NCBI GenBank assembly: GCA_036785375.1 | Contig: JAWMAR010000882.1 | Location: 1-64,000 of the forward strand | Source of the DNA: Leucoraja ocellata | Taxonomy: Eukaryota | Length of the DNA: 64,000 nt | Direction: 5' to 3' | Shown: one piece after another, positions 15,001-54,548 of the stretch | How positions within the stretch are numbered: the stretch's first letter is position 1 | Layout: each line of letters begins with the position of its first letter | The notes under the pieces: generated by a model | Told to the model about the DNA's origin: nothing | The model's database searches: none | Seen by the model: only the letters and a program-made list of their open reading frames with translations | Made by a program: the position numbers and the translations under genes

Positions 15001-18000
15001 ATCTGCAAGTAGCTTCATATAATCAAGGAGAGTGAAATAGAGGGAATGTGTTGTTTCACAACGTACGTGTTGTTTCATTTTTTTTTTTAATTTAAAAAAA
15101 AAAAAAAAAAATTGGAGATGGTCATGTGTTCCATCAAATAAAGATCTAACAGAAGTCCCCTACTCTAGTCAGAAACAATTTCCTTAAGTAACTGCATCCT
15201 AAAATAACCCAAATCAAAATCCTATTATTTTACGATTGTTGACATGGGATAAAAAGTGCAGAATTCATTTACCTGAGTCGCAGTAGATGGAGCAGATGAG
15301 TTTGATACATCTGGGTTGAAAACAGAAGTCAGCTGGTTCAAGAAGTTCATTTGCACTTCTTTTTGTCGTAGTTCAGGTGTCAATGGAGAGACGGTGTCTT
15401 TTTGATCTTCCACTGGATAAATAAATTATTTTATTGGAATTAAGCATAACAAAACCATCAATGATTCAGACTGTTACAGCCATACAGCATGGAATCAGGC
15501 CCCTGGACTCAACTTGCTCAAGCTAACCAATATATCCCATCTAAGCTAGTCCCAATAGCATTTGTTTGGCCCATATCCCTAGTCTGAAGAAGGGTCTTGA
15601 CCCGAAACGTCACCCATTTGTTCAATCCAGAGATGCTGCGTTGAGTTACTCCAGCATTTTGTGTCTATCTTTCCTATCCAAGTGTTTATTCAAACCTGCC
15701 TCAACTACCTCCTCTGGCAGCTCGTTCCATATACCCATCACACTCTGAGTGAAAAGGTTATCCTTCAGGTTCTCATTAAATCTTTCTCCTCTCACCGTAA
15801 GCCTCTGCCCGCTAGTTCTCGATTCCCCTACCCTCGGAAATAGGCTCTGCCTATACCCATCATTCATTTATTCTTCTCTATAAGCTTCTTGCGCTCCAAG
15901 GGATAAAGTCCTAGCCTGCCTAACCTCTCAAATCTTGGAAAGATCCTTGTCAAATCTTCTCTGCACTTTTTCCAGCTTAATAACATCCTTCCTATAGCAG
16001 GGTGCTCAAAACTGAACACAGTACTCCAAATGCGACCTCAGCTGAACACCAAGGATTTCGTGGAAATTGGGTAACAGCAACAAGATAAACAGCTGAGATT
16101 AACATTCAAAAGGCTTACCATCTGAGAGAGTCTTTACTGTCATCGGAAGTTTGGCTGACTTCATCATCGCTGTAAATGTAATGATCTCAGTCCTGTCCAG
16201 TCGGCTGCAGCCAGTGCACAAGCCCTTGATCAATAGGATCAAGTGTTTCTGAGGAAGAAGTATGACAATCAAACAATAGTTGAAAAGTAGAAAACATTGT
16301 AAAACGCATCAATTTTAAGGTGGTTTCTGAAAGTAGCAAGAACATCTGCTATAATTTTTAGAGTTACAGTATGACTTTTTATATCCTTGCATTTTTTAAG
16401 TAGCAAGATGAAACAGGAAGCGGGCCAATTTTAAAAAAATCCGTATTTTACAAAGCAAATCCGTACATCCGTATTCTTATCGCATTTCCATACAAAATAC
16501 GGTAAATCCGTACTGCTTGGCAGCTCTGTAAGCACCAAACAATTTTCACACAGCATGGTGTGTATTTCACTGGATGTATCTGTTCTTGTTACAGCTAGTT
16601 AATAGTTGTTTGGAGCATGAGAAGAACTTGTTATGAGAAAATAAAAGATCTTGGACGCTCATCCAGAGAGAGGTAAAGCTTTAATTTAACACCATTTCTA
16701 AAAGAATTTCCCTTCCAACAAATGTTGCTATTGAGTGTTTGCGTGTTACATTATTGAGCCATGGAATGGGATTTGATCCATTGGAGAGGTGAACCCTAGG
16801 AGAGGTGATGAACCCATCATTGACTATCCAGCCCAAACACCAATGAAAAAATTAAAGAAGAATGAGGAGAAAGGGGAGATTGAATCCTACTTTGTTAGAT
16901 AATGAATATTCATCAGAGAAGTCCATACAATTAAACCAGTCCGAAGAGTAAAGTCATTACCTGTGAAACAGCACATGCTTCATCTGGATTCTCGAGACGC
17001 ATTAATGAAAATTCAATCAGGATTTTACATGCGGCAGTAACAGACAGCAATTGGTTCCTAGGAACTAGAAATATTGGAAGAGTTGGCAACAAATACAATA
17101 AATTTCCAAAACATTAACTATTTAAGGTATTAAAAAGCAAATAAATTAAACTAGCATGGAAACCTTCAGAAACTCTTTAAGTAGGACAAACTAGGAAGCT
17201 TTCAAGGCAACGAGAAGGCAAACGACTGCCATCTGTGCTGCATAATTCAATGATTCAGTCATACCACACAAGACATGGTAATATACCCACACGCCCATGG
17301 GTCATTCAAAATCTAATCAGTAACAGTAAAAGGGTGTTGATGTGTTGAAAGTGGCAAACTGAACCTGGTCAAATGCCTTGAATTTTATCAGAACATTTCC
17401 TCACTCACAAGTCAAGGTGCCCCAAAATCTACAACTCCATCTCTGGAGCTTAAATCCAGCCCAGATCAAACTACAAGGAGTCCAATCTCCCCATGCTGAC
17501 AACCATTACAATTCTTTATGAAATGTATTAAAATATTAACCGACAATAGATTTGATCAAAAATACTCACTTTGTGTACAGACTGTTGAGATGTAATGTGC
17601 AGACAACGCCACAAATGAAGAGTAGAACGGTTCATAATGTTTGTCATGATGTAGAATCTCCTTCTCACTGAAAGACAAAACAAATAACTCAGAAACTTTA
17701 AAAGCAAGTACATATTAATCCAGCATAAATGTTACAGCATTTTCATCCATGTTAAAAACAGAAATGCTGCTGATACTCAACAGGACAAGCTTCACCTTTT
17801 GAACAGAAACATTATTAATGTTTCAAATAAAAGGGAATCAGTGAGGGGGGACTCGCATGCAAGTCAGGGGAAGAGGGCACTTACAAATTATCAAATCCTA
17901 AATGGTGCTGGGATTTCCCCAATGGAATCCACCAACAGGCTTTGCTGAACCTCCATAATAAATGGCTACACTGGAGTGAAAAGAACAGCTATTGTCAGTT

Positions 18001-21000
18001 CTCTTGCAGCAACACTTCCGCCCATGTCTGGATCGGGAATTTGATGAAATGTGGAGCTGAGTGAATCACGGAAGAACTCAACTGAGCACGAGTTAGAACG
18101 TCATTGGTGAGTGGCTGCCTTATGACATCACAGTTGGTGGTTTTTCGGTTAATGTTTTGGAGTGGGTACAGAAGGCAGTCATTTCTCCGGCGGCAGAACC
18201 AACAAACCGCAAAACCAAACCTTGTTTGGTGCCAGAATGTACGACTACAGAGTTTTGCTTACTCTCCATGAGATAGATTGAATGTTTTTTCCTTGTTTGT
18301 TCTCACAGTTAAATTGTGTTCAACTCAAACCAATTCAAGTTCAACTGACTCTGCCTGTGATGCATGATATGAAGTGTTAAGATAGTCTGTTTTCTCTATA
18401 ATTTCTCTGCATCCATGAACATGAAGATGTATAGATACCCAGGGATAATATACAAATATGGCCAGTTTGAGTAGCTGACTGCATCCCCCCCTTGATAACC
18501 TATTGTAAATTTTAAAATTTTGAGACTTTGGTACATTGTACATTCCATCTGTGCTTATACGCAATAAAAAAATTCCTTCGTCCTTAACTGGGAAGTTATT
18601 TTCATCTTTGACAACCTGTTATCATGAACTGTGAAGGAAAGCATCTTCAGACAACAGCTGCTAGAGCTGCTACCTCATAGCGCCAGAGGTACAGGTTCGA
18701 ACCTGCCCTCGGGTGCTGTCTTTCAGGAGTTTGCATGTTTTCCGTGTGATCATACAGGTTTCCTCCCACATCCTAAAGATGTGTGGGTTTGTAGGTTAAT
18801 TGGCCTCTGTACATTGTCCCTCGTGTGTCGGGAGTGGATGCAAAAGTGGGTTAATGTTCAACTAGTGTGATCGGATGATTGATGGCGGCGTGAACTCGGT
18901 GGGCCAAAGGGGCTGTTTCCATGCTGTATCTTTCAATCAATTTAATCAAAAAGAGAGACAGAAGAGCAAACATCATTTGGTTTTGCACATCCCCAAATCG
19001 CTGTAGGAATTTCCCAGCGTCCCCTGGATAAAATGGACACTAGAATTAGGCAGACAATGGTGCAGCTCGCAGAGTCACTGTTCAGTTTAGTTTATTCTCA
19101 CGAGTACCGAAATACAGTGAAAAGCTTTCACAGTGCCAGAGATCTGGACTCAATCCTGACGTCTGATCCTGTCTGTGTGATGAATGCACATTCTCCATGA
19201 CCAAATGAGCCTCCACTGATGCTCCGGTTCCCCCCCACCCCCCATCCTATCCCATTCCAATGCCATGCAGGATTAGTAGTATAATAGTAAAATGTCTCCA
19301 TTACCTAAGTTAGTGGAAGAATCTGGACAGAGTTAAAGAGAACTGGAGAGAATAAAAATAGAATTTATGTCATATTAGTGCAAATGGGTGTTTGATGGTC
19401 AGTGCAGACAGTGAACTGATGGCCCCAGATGCATGCTTCTTGTCTCTATGATTCTGCAAGGAGGAAAAGTCAAAGGCCAGTGTCTTGCTGAAAAACAGGC
19501 TACAAATCAGGAATAATATGAATTAACCTGAAGCTAATTAAAATAGGTATGCAAGGTGCAGAAGTCATCTGTAAAATTTGGGAATGTCAATTGGATTTTT
19601 GATGGAAACATTTCCTGAGAGGATTTAGAGTGAAAGGCAGACGAGTTGGAATCAACAAGACAGGTGATAACCTGCCAAAGCATCTGCCCAGTGTGCATGT
19701 GTACATACCTCTGGCGAGTCAGAAGAATCTACGAGGCTACATCCGCTAAGACAACAAGCTAACCCTTCCCCCCCCCCCCCCCCCCCCACCTCAGCATACT
19801 TCTAGCCAACGTTCAATCACTCGAGGACAAACTTGAAGACCTCAGAACAAGACTGCTGTTCCACAGGGATATCAGAGACAGCCATGTTTCACTGAAACAT
19901 GGCTCAGCCTTGATACTCTTGATACACGGTTTTCTCTAATTTTAGTACGAACAGCATGCAATATTCAGACATAATGAAAACGGGGTATCTGCTTTATTGT
20001 CGATGTTTCGTGGTACACTGATGTGACGGCCCTAGGTAATTTCTGCTCCTCTGCTCTGGAACAACTGATTATGAAATGCCATCCCTCTAATCCACCATGG
20101 GAATTCACTTCGACCATCTTGTCAGCAGTCTACACAGCACCCAAATCCAACAGCAAGATGAATTGTACTCGGTCATCAATTATTTTGAGATAGCAAACCC
20201 TCACACCCGATTCATCATCACTCGCAACTTCAATTGGGCACACCTCAGGAATGCAATCCCCAAATACCATCAGCATGTCTACTTCTGAACTTGGGGTGTT
20301 AACACTCTAGACCATTGCAATACCACCATCAAATACGCCTATCGCTCCATCCCCCTTCCTCATTTTGGCCAGTCTGATCATCGGTCAGTACTGCTCTTGC
20401 CGGTTATAGAGGGAGAATGAGGCACGAGGCACCAACGATGAGAGTAATGCAGCAGCGGTCAGAGGGGGAAGATTTAAAGAAAATGCACAGGACATTTTTT
20501 TTTGTTTGTTTTCACAGTGAGTGGTCGGTTCCTTAAATCTGCTGCCTGGGGTGGTGGAAGAAGCTGATATGGTAGTAGGCTTTTGAAAAGGCACATGAAT
20601 ATGCAGGGAATGGAGGGATATGGGTCACATAAGGAATTAGTTTAATCAGGCATTATGTTTGGCATTATAGGTCGAAGTGCCTGTCCCTGCACTACACTGT
20701 TTACCCCATAAATTCATTTGCAGTAATGTTACCATCCTGTATTAACATTAATAATATATCCTTTAAAAAAAAGGTTGTACTGAAAATTAGTGAATAAGAT
20801 CAGACAGCCCAACTTTACTCCTGTTGCCCTGCTAATCAAGTCCTGTGCAGTACGTTGTCTAGCATTGGAATTTAGAAGGATGATGGGGTACATTGAAACT
20901 GAAAGGCCTGGATAATGTGAATGTGGTGAGGATGTTTCCACGAGTGGGAGATCTACGACCAGAGGGCACAGCCTCAGAATAAAACGATGCACGTTTAGAA

Positions 21001-24000
21001 AGGAGATGGGAAGGAATTTCTATAGTCAGAGGGTGGTGAGTCTGAGGAATTTATTGCCACAGACGGCCGTGGCAGCCAAGTCATTGGGTATTTTTAAAGC
21101 GGAGATTAACAGGTTCTTGATTAGTATGGGTGACAAAGGTTATAGGGAGAAGGCATGAAACAGGATTGAGAAGATAGGTCAGCCATGATGCAATGACAGA
21201 GTAGACACGATAGGCCAAATGGCCCAAGTCTGATTCTATGGCTTATGAGCTTAAGAAATACCCAGCAGATTCTGATGAAAGATCGTTAACTGGAAACATC
21301 AACTATTTCTCGTCGCAGATGATGCCTAACTTGCCGAGTGTTAACATCATTTTCTGTTCTTGATGTTACATATTTTTCAGGAAGCGTGAGGTATCATCAA
21401 ATATCAGCAACACATCCTTTGAATGAGTTGCTCCAAATTGCCGAGAGACGGGAATATATAGAGTTATCAGGTGAATGCCAGTAGAAAAATGTTTTAAGTG
21501 GCAGAGCAGCTTAAGATACTACCATTCTTGGGCAAAAGTATTTATTTGTAACAACAAACAGTTCCTCCTCCACAGATCTCGAGTGTGTCTTGGATTGCTA
21601 ATAACTCAAACACATGGGAGATGGCAACCCAAGAGTATACAAAAGGCAAAGAAGTGGCCACAATAGTGCCCAGTATTAATTCAATAAACATCACAACAAT
21701 TTTTGGAATCAAATCAAACACAAGAAAGCACACTGTCCTCCCACAGCTGCCACATCTGTCCTCCTCCATATTGCAAACCATGAAAACTCTCCAATGATTG
21801 GAATTATTCCCAATCTTAACCTAGAATATTGCAACTGCAGGTTCAAAGGATGTCAGAAATAGGATGCTCATTAATCGTCTGTTTTATTCAAAGCTCAACT
21901 AAAAATTTACCAATATCTGCAAACATCAAAGCTTGAACATTGGACTCTCAAGTGGAAACGCGTGTGATCATCACACTTTGATATCCAATAGCATTACCGA
22001 TCCCATATACCCCACATTTCCAGGAGGGTCAACACACGAGACGTCACCTGCCCATTTTCTCCAGGAATGCTGCCTGATCCGCTGAGTTACTCAAGCATTG
22101 TGTATCTATCTTTGGTATAAACAAGCATCTGCTTTCTTTCATCGTATCTGGCATCATGTTAAGCAAAGATATTGTGGGTCCATTCCTGTGCAGTTCTATG
22201 TTCTCCACAAACACTGCCTCACTCACTATGTCCAGCATTTTCTGCTAGAAACTGTACAGAAACACACTCGGTGATACAGACACGGTCAGATTTATCTCCA
22301 TTCATTTATGGACAAACTCTTTTTGTGAGGATGTAACAAGTAGAATGGATAAGGGAGAGCCAGTGGATGTGGTGTATCTGGACTTTCAAAAAGCCGTTGA
22401 CAAGATCCCACACAAGAGATTAGTGTGCACAATTAGAGCACATGGTATTGGGGGTAGGGTGTTGACACGATAGAGAGTTGGTTGGCAGACAGAAAGCAGA
22501 GAGTAGGAATTAACGGGTCCTTTTCAGAACGACAGGCAGTGACTAGTGGGACGCCGCAAGGCTTAGTGCTGGGACCACAGTTATTTACAATATATATTAA
22601 CGATTTAGACAAAGGAATTAAATGTAACATCTACAAGTTTGCGGATGACACAAAGCTAGGCGGCAGTATGAGCTGCGAGGAGGATGCTATGAGGCTGCAA
22701 GGTGAGTTGGATGGGTTGGGTGAGTGGGCAGATGCATGGCAGATGCAGTATAATTTGTATAAATGTGAGGTTATCCACAGTGGTGGCAAGAACAAGAAGG
22801 CAGATTATTATTTGAATTGTGTCAGATTAGGAAAAGGGGAGGTTCAACAAGACTTGTACATCAGTCATTGAAAGTAAGCATGCATGTAAAGCAGCCAGGG
22901 AAGAAAGCAAATGGCATGTTGGCCTTCATAGCAAGAGGATTTGAGTATAGGAGCAAGAAGGTCCTACAGCAGTTGTATAGGGCCCTGGTGGGACCACACC
23001 TGGAGTATTGTGTGCAGTCTTGGTCTCCTAATTTGAGGAAGGACCTTCTTGCTATTGAGGGAGTGCAGTGTAGGTTCACCAGGTTAATTCCTGCGATGGC
23101 AGGACTGACATATGATGACAGAATGGATCGATTGGGCTTATATTCATTGGAATTTAGAAGGATGAGAGGGTATCTTATATAAACATAAAATTCTTAAGGA
23201 ATTGGACAGGCTAGATGCAGGAAAAATGTTCCAGATGTTCGGGGAGTCCAGAACCAGGGTTTCAGTGTAAGAATAAGGGGGAGGTCATTTAGGACTAAGA
23301 CGAGGAAAAAATTTTTCACCCAGCGAATTGTGAATCTGCGGAATTCTATGCCACAGAAGGCAGTGGAGACCAATTCACTGGATGTTTTCAAGAGTTAGAT
23401 ATAGCTTAGCTTGGAGATACAGCGTGGAAACAGGCCCTTTGGCCCACCTAGTCCGCACCAACCAGGATCCCCACGCATTAACACTGTCCTACACCCACTA
23501 GGGACAATATACACATACACCAAGCCAATTAACCCTGTGGGAGGAAACCGGAGATCTCTGAGAAAACCCACGCACGTGACTGAGAGAACGTAAAACCGTA
23601 CAGACAGCACCCGTAGTTGGGATCGAACCCGGGTCTCCGGCTCTGCAAGGCAGCAACTCCACCGCTGCACCACCATGCCGTGACAATAAATTGCATTCTA
23701 TTCTATTCTATGCCGCCCTTATGTCTTAGGGCTAACGGAATCAAGGGATATAGGGAGAAAGCAGGAACGGGGTACTGATTTTGGATGATCAGTTGGCTCG
23801 AAGGGCCGAATGGTATCCTCCTGCACCTATTTTCTATGTTTCTACACCTCGGGTAAGATTGGAGGGGAAATGGCAAAGATTTCGAGAATACCAGGCACTT
23901 AAATGTTTAAATTATGGGGAGAACATGTCATTCAGCTTCTCCTCAGTTTAGACGATCAAAAAGGGAAATCCAATAAAGATGAAGAAATTCATAACGAGGT

Positions 24001-24914
24001 TTGATCGGATGGTTGAGTCTGGCGAACAAGCAACGGGCACAAAATAGCTTCTTCCAGGCGGACGTTATCCATCCCGTGAACTTTTATCCTTCTACTACAA
24101 CTTCCTGAATCTTCCACCTCCCCATGTCCCTATCACAAACTGTCCTTAAACCCTCCCCACTACCTTTCCGCCTCCCTCTCCTCCTCCGATTTCGCCAAAA
24201 CCACATATTTGGTGGAACTTGGACATCCCCATTTTCTGCCACTGATCGGAGACCCGATATAATGAGTCTGAAGAAGGGTCTCGACCCGAAACGTCACCCA
24301 TTCCTTCGCTCCAGAGATGCTGCCTGTCCCGCTGACTCACTCCAGCATTTTGTGTGTACCAGCATTTGCAGTTCTTTGCTACATAATTAGGATCTATATC
24401 TGTATCGACTGCATTTTAGAAATGCAAGTTGTTGCATGATGAAAATAACACAATGGTGCGTTGTATTGGAGAGGCGGAAGGGCATAAAATATAGATATGC
24501 CGGGCGATGAGGGTGCGGTTTAACACCGCTGCGCCTCCCTGGCTTCCAGCACATTCGAGAAAGTTCCCGGCTGTTGGATTAGGCCGAGGGTTCCGCAGCC
24601 GCTTCCTGACATTTGCCTCCAACATCGAGTTGAAAATCCAAGGATTGTCAGTGCAGGCAGCGACCCTAGTTTGGGCCGCGGGGAGGGGGTAAGGCGAAGC
24701 GGCGGGGCCCAGGGCCGCGGCTCAGCCCGTCCTCCTGCTCCCTTCCCTGGGCTACCGCCGAGCGCGGCTTCCCACTTTACCTGTTTATGACCGAGCTGAA
24801 AAGCTGCGCGATGTCCCGCGGCTCGAATGTCGAGTAGGAAGCGGCGAGGAGCGGGCGGACAGCGGCGCTCCAGTCGGGGTCCGGCTCCAGAGCCGGAGCC
24901 GAGTTCAGCGCCAT
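1..24914 (-). CDS. UBR4: E3 ubiquitin ligase UBR4 (p600), coding exons 1-19; gene continues beyond the left edge
   Basis: GT-AG exons with consistent phases: 24781-24914 (MALNSAPALEPDPDWSAAVRPLLAASYSTFE..), 17570-17667 (EKEILHHDKHYEPFYSSFVALS), 16961-17064, 16119-16248 (KHLILLIKGLCTGCSRLDRTE), 15273-15412, 14317-14419, 12789-12930 (GGSEKLLRVCLNLPYFLRY), 12416-12540, 10555-10676, 9517-9576, 7948-8138, 6762-6861, 5850-5987, 4690-4807, 3739-3926 (DDDSEPILGQWFEE..PPPPPPPP), 3208-3367, 2224-2309, 1387-1556, <1-259. Peptides match the vertebrate UBR4 N-terminus as recalled. Confidence 0.97.
562..1377 (-). mobile_element. Young GC-rich non-autonomous retroelement with a Rex1/Babar-type 3' tail
   Basis: Minus strand begins CCGGAAGTGGCGGCG and ends ..AATTTCGTTCAGACCGAAAGGTCTGAATGACAATAAAGG plus short ATTCAA-like repeats; CpG-rich; internal 21-nt tandem repeat at about 885-998. 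Confidence 0.6.
2640..2990 (+). mobile_element. Degenerate Penelope 3' end
   Basis: Pyrimidine-rich tract followed by CAATCAGTCTGAACAAGGGTCC..GAAA and the family tail; a further copy lies at about 2375-2460. Confidence 0.6.
6970..7400 (+). mobile_element. CR1 LINE 3' end
   Basis: GGAGGCTGAGGGGTGATCTTATAGAG..GAAGGGCCTGTTTCC tail. Confidence 0.75.
8567..8769. mobile_element. Penelope-terminus fold-back insertion
   Basis: About 78 bp inverted arms around 8651-8653; direct repeat ACAATCGGTTGACAG at 8552-8566 and 8770-8784. Confidence 0.85.
9140..9500 (-). mobile_element. CR1 LINE 3' fragment
   Basis: Reverse complement of CR1 RT-end and tail sequence. Confidence 0.6.
10900..12200 (+). mobile_element. 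Old CR1 LINE RT fragment
   Basis: Degenerate PQEAVLEP..ISKFADDTNIG and a CR1-type tail. Confidence 0.7.
13381..13468 (+). mobile_element. Short Penelope-terminus element
   Basis: Near-identical to the right arm of the 49 kb palindrome. Confidence 0.75.
14021..14151 (+). mobile_element. Short Penelope-terminus element
   Basis: Family sequence; TSD AGCCCAATT at 14012-14020 and 14152-14160. Confidence 0.8.
15480..16040 (-). mobile_element. CR1 LINE 3' end with a nested Penelope terminus (15581-15670)
   Basis: Reverse complement CR1 (HLEYCVQF..SLFPRVGESRTSG); the nested copy carries a hammerhead-like core. Confidence 0.75.
16430..16528. mobile_element. Solo hAT-like terminus
   Basis: Repeated ATCCGTA motifs ending in TTGGCAGCTCTG. 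Confidence 0.45.
18650..18949 (+). mobile_element. tRNA-derived V-SINE (HE1-like)
   Basis: B-box GGTTCGAACC, core GGAGTTTGCATGTT..GGTTTCCTCCCACATCC..GTAGGTTAATTGGC, CR1-like tail; an older copy lies at about 19050-19450. Confidence 0.75.
19690..20420 (+). mobile_element. Rex1/Babar-like LINE endonuclease fragment
   Basis: SILLANVQSLEDKLEDLRTRL..FTETWL..NFNWAHLRNAIPKYHQHV..NTLDHC..PHFGQSDH, which are APE endonuclease motifs. Confidence 0.75.
20460..21250 (+). mobile_element. Two CR1 LINE 3' ends (about 20460-20700 and 20860-21250)
   Basis: CR1-type 3' sequences similar to 23150-23825. Confidence 0.65.
22320..23825 (+). mobile_element. CR1-clade LINE, 3' half (RT), interrupted by a SINE
   Basis: DVVYLDFQKAVDKIPH..RKQRVGINGSFS..SGTPQGLVLGPQLFTIYINDL..KFADDTKLG..LYRALVGPHLEYCVQSWSP; CR1 3' tail at about 23800. 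Confidence 0.9.
23405..23680 (-). mobile_element. V-SINE (HE1-like) inserted in a CR1
   Basis: Minus strand GGTGGTGCAGCGGTGGAG..GGTTCGATCCC (A and B boxes) plus the V core. Confidence 0.8.
24264..24382 (+). mobile_element. Short Penelope-terminus element with an intact hammerhead-like core
   Basis: GAGT-CTGAAGA-A-GGGTCTCGACCC-GAAAC-GTC-ACCC. Confidence 0.75.
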
Positions 24915-25120
24915 TTTCCCGTGGGCCGACTGGTGCAACGGACTAAACACTCCGGAGAAGAACCGCGCACAAGCGCGTTACACACTAGTCCGCAGCGCAA
25001 TCGGTCCTACCCTTGTGCAAAGATACTAGAGCTCCTCTAGTATCTTGGCCCTTGTGGACCACCCACCAACTGAGCATTCCAGAGGTCCCTCTCGCCCAGG
25101 AAAAGAGGGCGACGCAAGTT
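24500..25120 (-). promoter_or_regulatory. CpG island / promoter of UBR4
   Basis: CpG-rich stretch surrounding the first coding exon (ATG at 24914). Confidence 0.75.
25018..25048. mobile_element. 31-bp TIR-only palindrome with an 8-bp TSD
   Basis: CAAAGATACTAGAG-CTC-CTCTAGTATCTTGG flanked by CCCTTGTG (25010-25017, 25049-25056). Confidence 0.7.
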
Positions 25121-25774
25121 TAAACCATTTCCCCCGCATTTTAAACTTTAATAAAATGCATCTTTCCACTCTGGCACTTTTTAAACTTTAAAAAACCCTG
25201 GCAAAAAAAGTAGCCACATATGGATATTCTCCGCCTGCATAGTATCGACTCTTTAAATCTACATTTTACATCACTTACTAAACCTCCAGATTTGAACTGG
25301 ACTATTTTGATACATGGAAATTATTAAGGTCACAGAGTGAATGGTGCAAATGTAGACTGCAATGTACTGCCAAAATGGTCAAAACTAAGATTTATATCCA
25401 AATATTAAGTAATGGGAACAGGAAAGGAGGCAAACAACTTACAAATACTTTAAAAAAACACAGAAATATTAGGTTGACATGTTAAATATGACACAAATGG
25501 GCCCTTGGTGTATATATCGCACTTTTTGTATCCACACCAAACTACTCTCACTGTTTTCCCCCCCAATCAATTCTACTCTTTCATGCTTGTAGTAGCTATT
25601 CAATACAGTGAAAAATTCTGGTTTGGGTTTAGAAATTAATAGACTGCCATTTCACTGTCATTTTCTATAATATACCTTATGAGGTATATGAGGTATTCAT
25701 TGCAAAATTCCCAAGCAGTAAATTTGACTTTTCATGAATATACTCGCATCTATGGCTGTTTGTCATGAATCATT

Positions 25775-26150
25775 GATAAGACTCAGAGTTCAAAGATTGA
25801 GGATTCAAATCCATATCACAAATTAAGAACATTATCTCATGTGAGAGTTCAGTGCAATTACTGAGAGAGTATTGCATTGTGAGAGGCACCATCTGCTCAT
25901 TCAGGTGGAAACAAATAATCCAGGAGCATTATTCGAAGAGCAGAGACATCCACAAGTATCTGACCTTAACTTTTCTCTCAATTGACATCCCTGTTCACTT
26001 TTTTTCGTAATAAACATCCCTAAAATTGTTATTTATTTCATTATTATTTGTGAGACCTTGTGAGACAGATGTGTTAAACTTATTATTTGGTTTATAAAAT
26101 GCATATTTCATTTAAAATATCAATTAAAAGTGAGAGTTCACTGTAGCATA
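25775..26150 (+). mobile_element. Old Deu-domain (SacSINE1-like) SINE; a second copy lies at about 49806-50200
   Basis: Degenerate CAGTGCAATTACTGAGAGAGTATTGCATTG..TCAGGTGGA..TATTCGAAGAGCAG; recognised from memory only. Confidence 0.4.
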
Positions 26151-26551
26151 ACTGAGCCCTTGTATTAAATGCTAGGATAGCAACATATTATGGGACCTAA
26201 ATTCAGAGTAAAGATCAAAAGCACCTCTATAACCCAGTGATGACTGTACAATACTGAAGAAACTCAGCGGGTGGGGCAGCATCTATGGAGCGAAGGAAAC
26301 AAACTGCACAAATACTGATCATCAGCCAACAATTTGGAAAATAACACTATTGTGAGTTTAACAAAGATCACGCAAAGTACTGAAGTAAATCAGCGGGTCA
26401 GGCAGCATCTCTGCAGAACATGCATAAGCGACATTTTGGGTTGGGACCCATCTGGACGTTTCAGGCCGGAGCCCTAATTAATTCCCAAATCAAATATAAC
26501 ATTATGTATGACTGAAGCTGAAGGAAACAAAGTTTAATGTCACAGTAACAT

Positions 26552-26602
26552 TTTATTAATTGGTTTCAAAAACTATAACTCAAACATAAATAAATTTTTA
26601 TT
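26552..26602 (-). other. Probable EMC1 polyadenylation signals
   Basis: TTTATT on plus (AATAAA on minus) at about 26552 and 26597, about 1.35 kb downstream of the EMC1 stop. Confidence 0.5.
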
Positions 26603-27930
26603 TAACAAAATTTCAATGCATTAATTTTAAGGTGTGTTTAAGTCTCAACATTTTTGATGTGGCTGAACTTGAATTTTAGGCAAGGGAGAGAATAAAACAC
26701 CAAACTAACTAGTAAAAGGTTATAACTATCATTCAAACCATCCCTTTCCTGCAAAACAATGATGAAACATGGGCAAATAGTTAGAATATCAGATATTCAC
26801 ACATTAATTCTGTTCATTCACGCATCCATTGCACACTTTAAGTTGACTCTAAATGCCTGTCACGATCGGATGTTCAGGAGTCAAATATTAAACATCCAAA
26901 ACAGCTAAGGTCTTCAATTCCTTTTGTACACCTTCAAATTTCAAAATGTTCACGATTTTTTTCTGTTCACACATTTGTGGTGTGGGGAGCACTCCCACAA
27001 TTCAAAACTCCCTCACACACCAACTTCACAATACAATTTAAAAAAAAATTAACAGTTATGTTTTCAAATTCTCTCTCAGAAAAAAAAATCAGCAGTCCTG
27101 CATCAGTCACCTCACGAATATTATCAACATGCAATGTTAAAAAGTTTTCTTTTTTTCCCCACTCAGGCAAGAGGTAACATCACTGTGTCACTAAAGGATG
27201 CAAGTCAGTAGTTTATTGTCCAAATTCAGTACATTCGGGCTGCAGATAATAAGGGGAGAGAGGGTGTTGTAAACTTTCCTACCACGATCCAACCTCACAG
27301 TGCAAGGGGACAAAAAGCACCAGCATCACCTAGTGGCAGGGCTTCCACATGGAAAATCCACCTCTCTGAAACAGTCCATGTCCTGCCTCATAGATAGAAA
27401 AATTAGACCAAATGGATATCGTCAGAATGCAAGACAAAAAGACTGACGTTTTCTGTCCAAAGACTAACAAAGATGCGAATATCCAGCATTCATTTTTATA
27501 GGGAACCTGAGCTAGAGGCAACATCCATTTACAAATAAAGTATCAACCAGATCTAAAAATGCAGCATGGGCTAAAGATTTAAAGCAGAGCACCAGGAAAC
27601 ATTCAGATTCACCTGTCATTAATTGTATACATTACTTTCAAAAGTTCCCTTTCTACCTCCGAGCCATTTTGCAGGAACATAAACATCATTTATCCCAAAG
27701 AAAAACTTCTGATCAATAGAAACAAATTAATTTTTACAACGATGAAACCAACTTTTGTTAAAATCTGCTCATGAAAGTGTCCATCAGTCTGATTCTTATT
27801 GAGAACGTGTTACGAAAAATATACATAGTATGTACATGGGTGCAAGAGCGTGGGGGTCCCTGTTAAGGTTGCACCCATCTTCAGCTCCACTCGACGAGGA
27901 GACAACTATTCTCTTCCAAGCTGATGACAT

Positions 27931-54537
<26,607 letters not shown>

Positions 54538-54548
54538 CACTGCTCGGT

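Noticed and set aside
23600-23680. tRNA-like A/B boxes (also at about 18650, 47350, 55140 and 58000)
   Set aside because: These are SINE heads followed by a V core and LINE tail; no complete cloverleaf.
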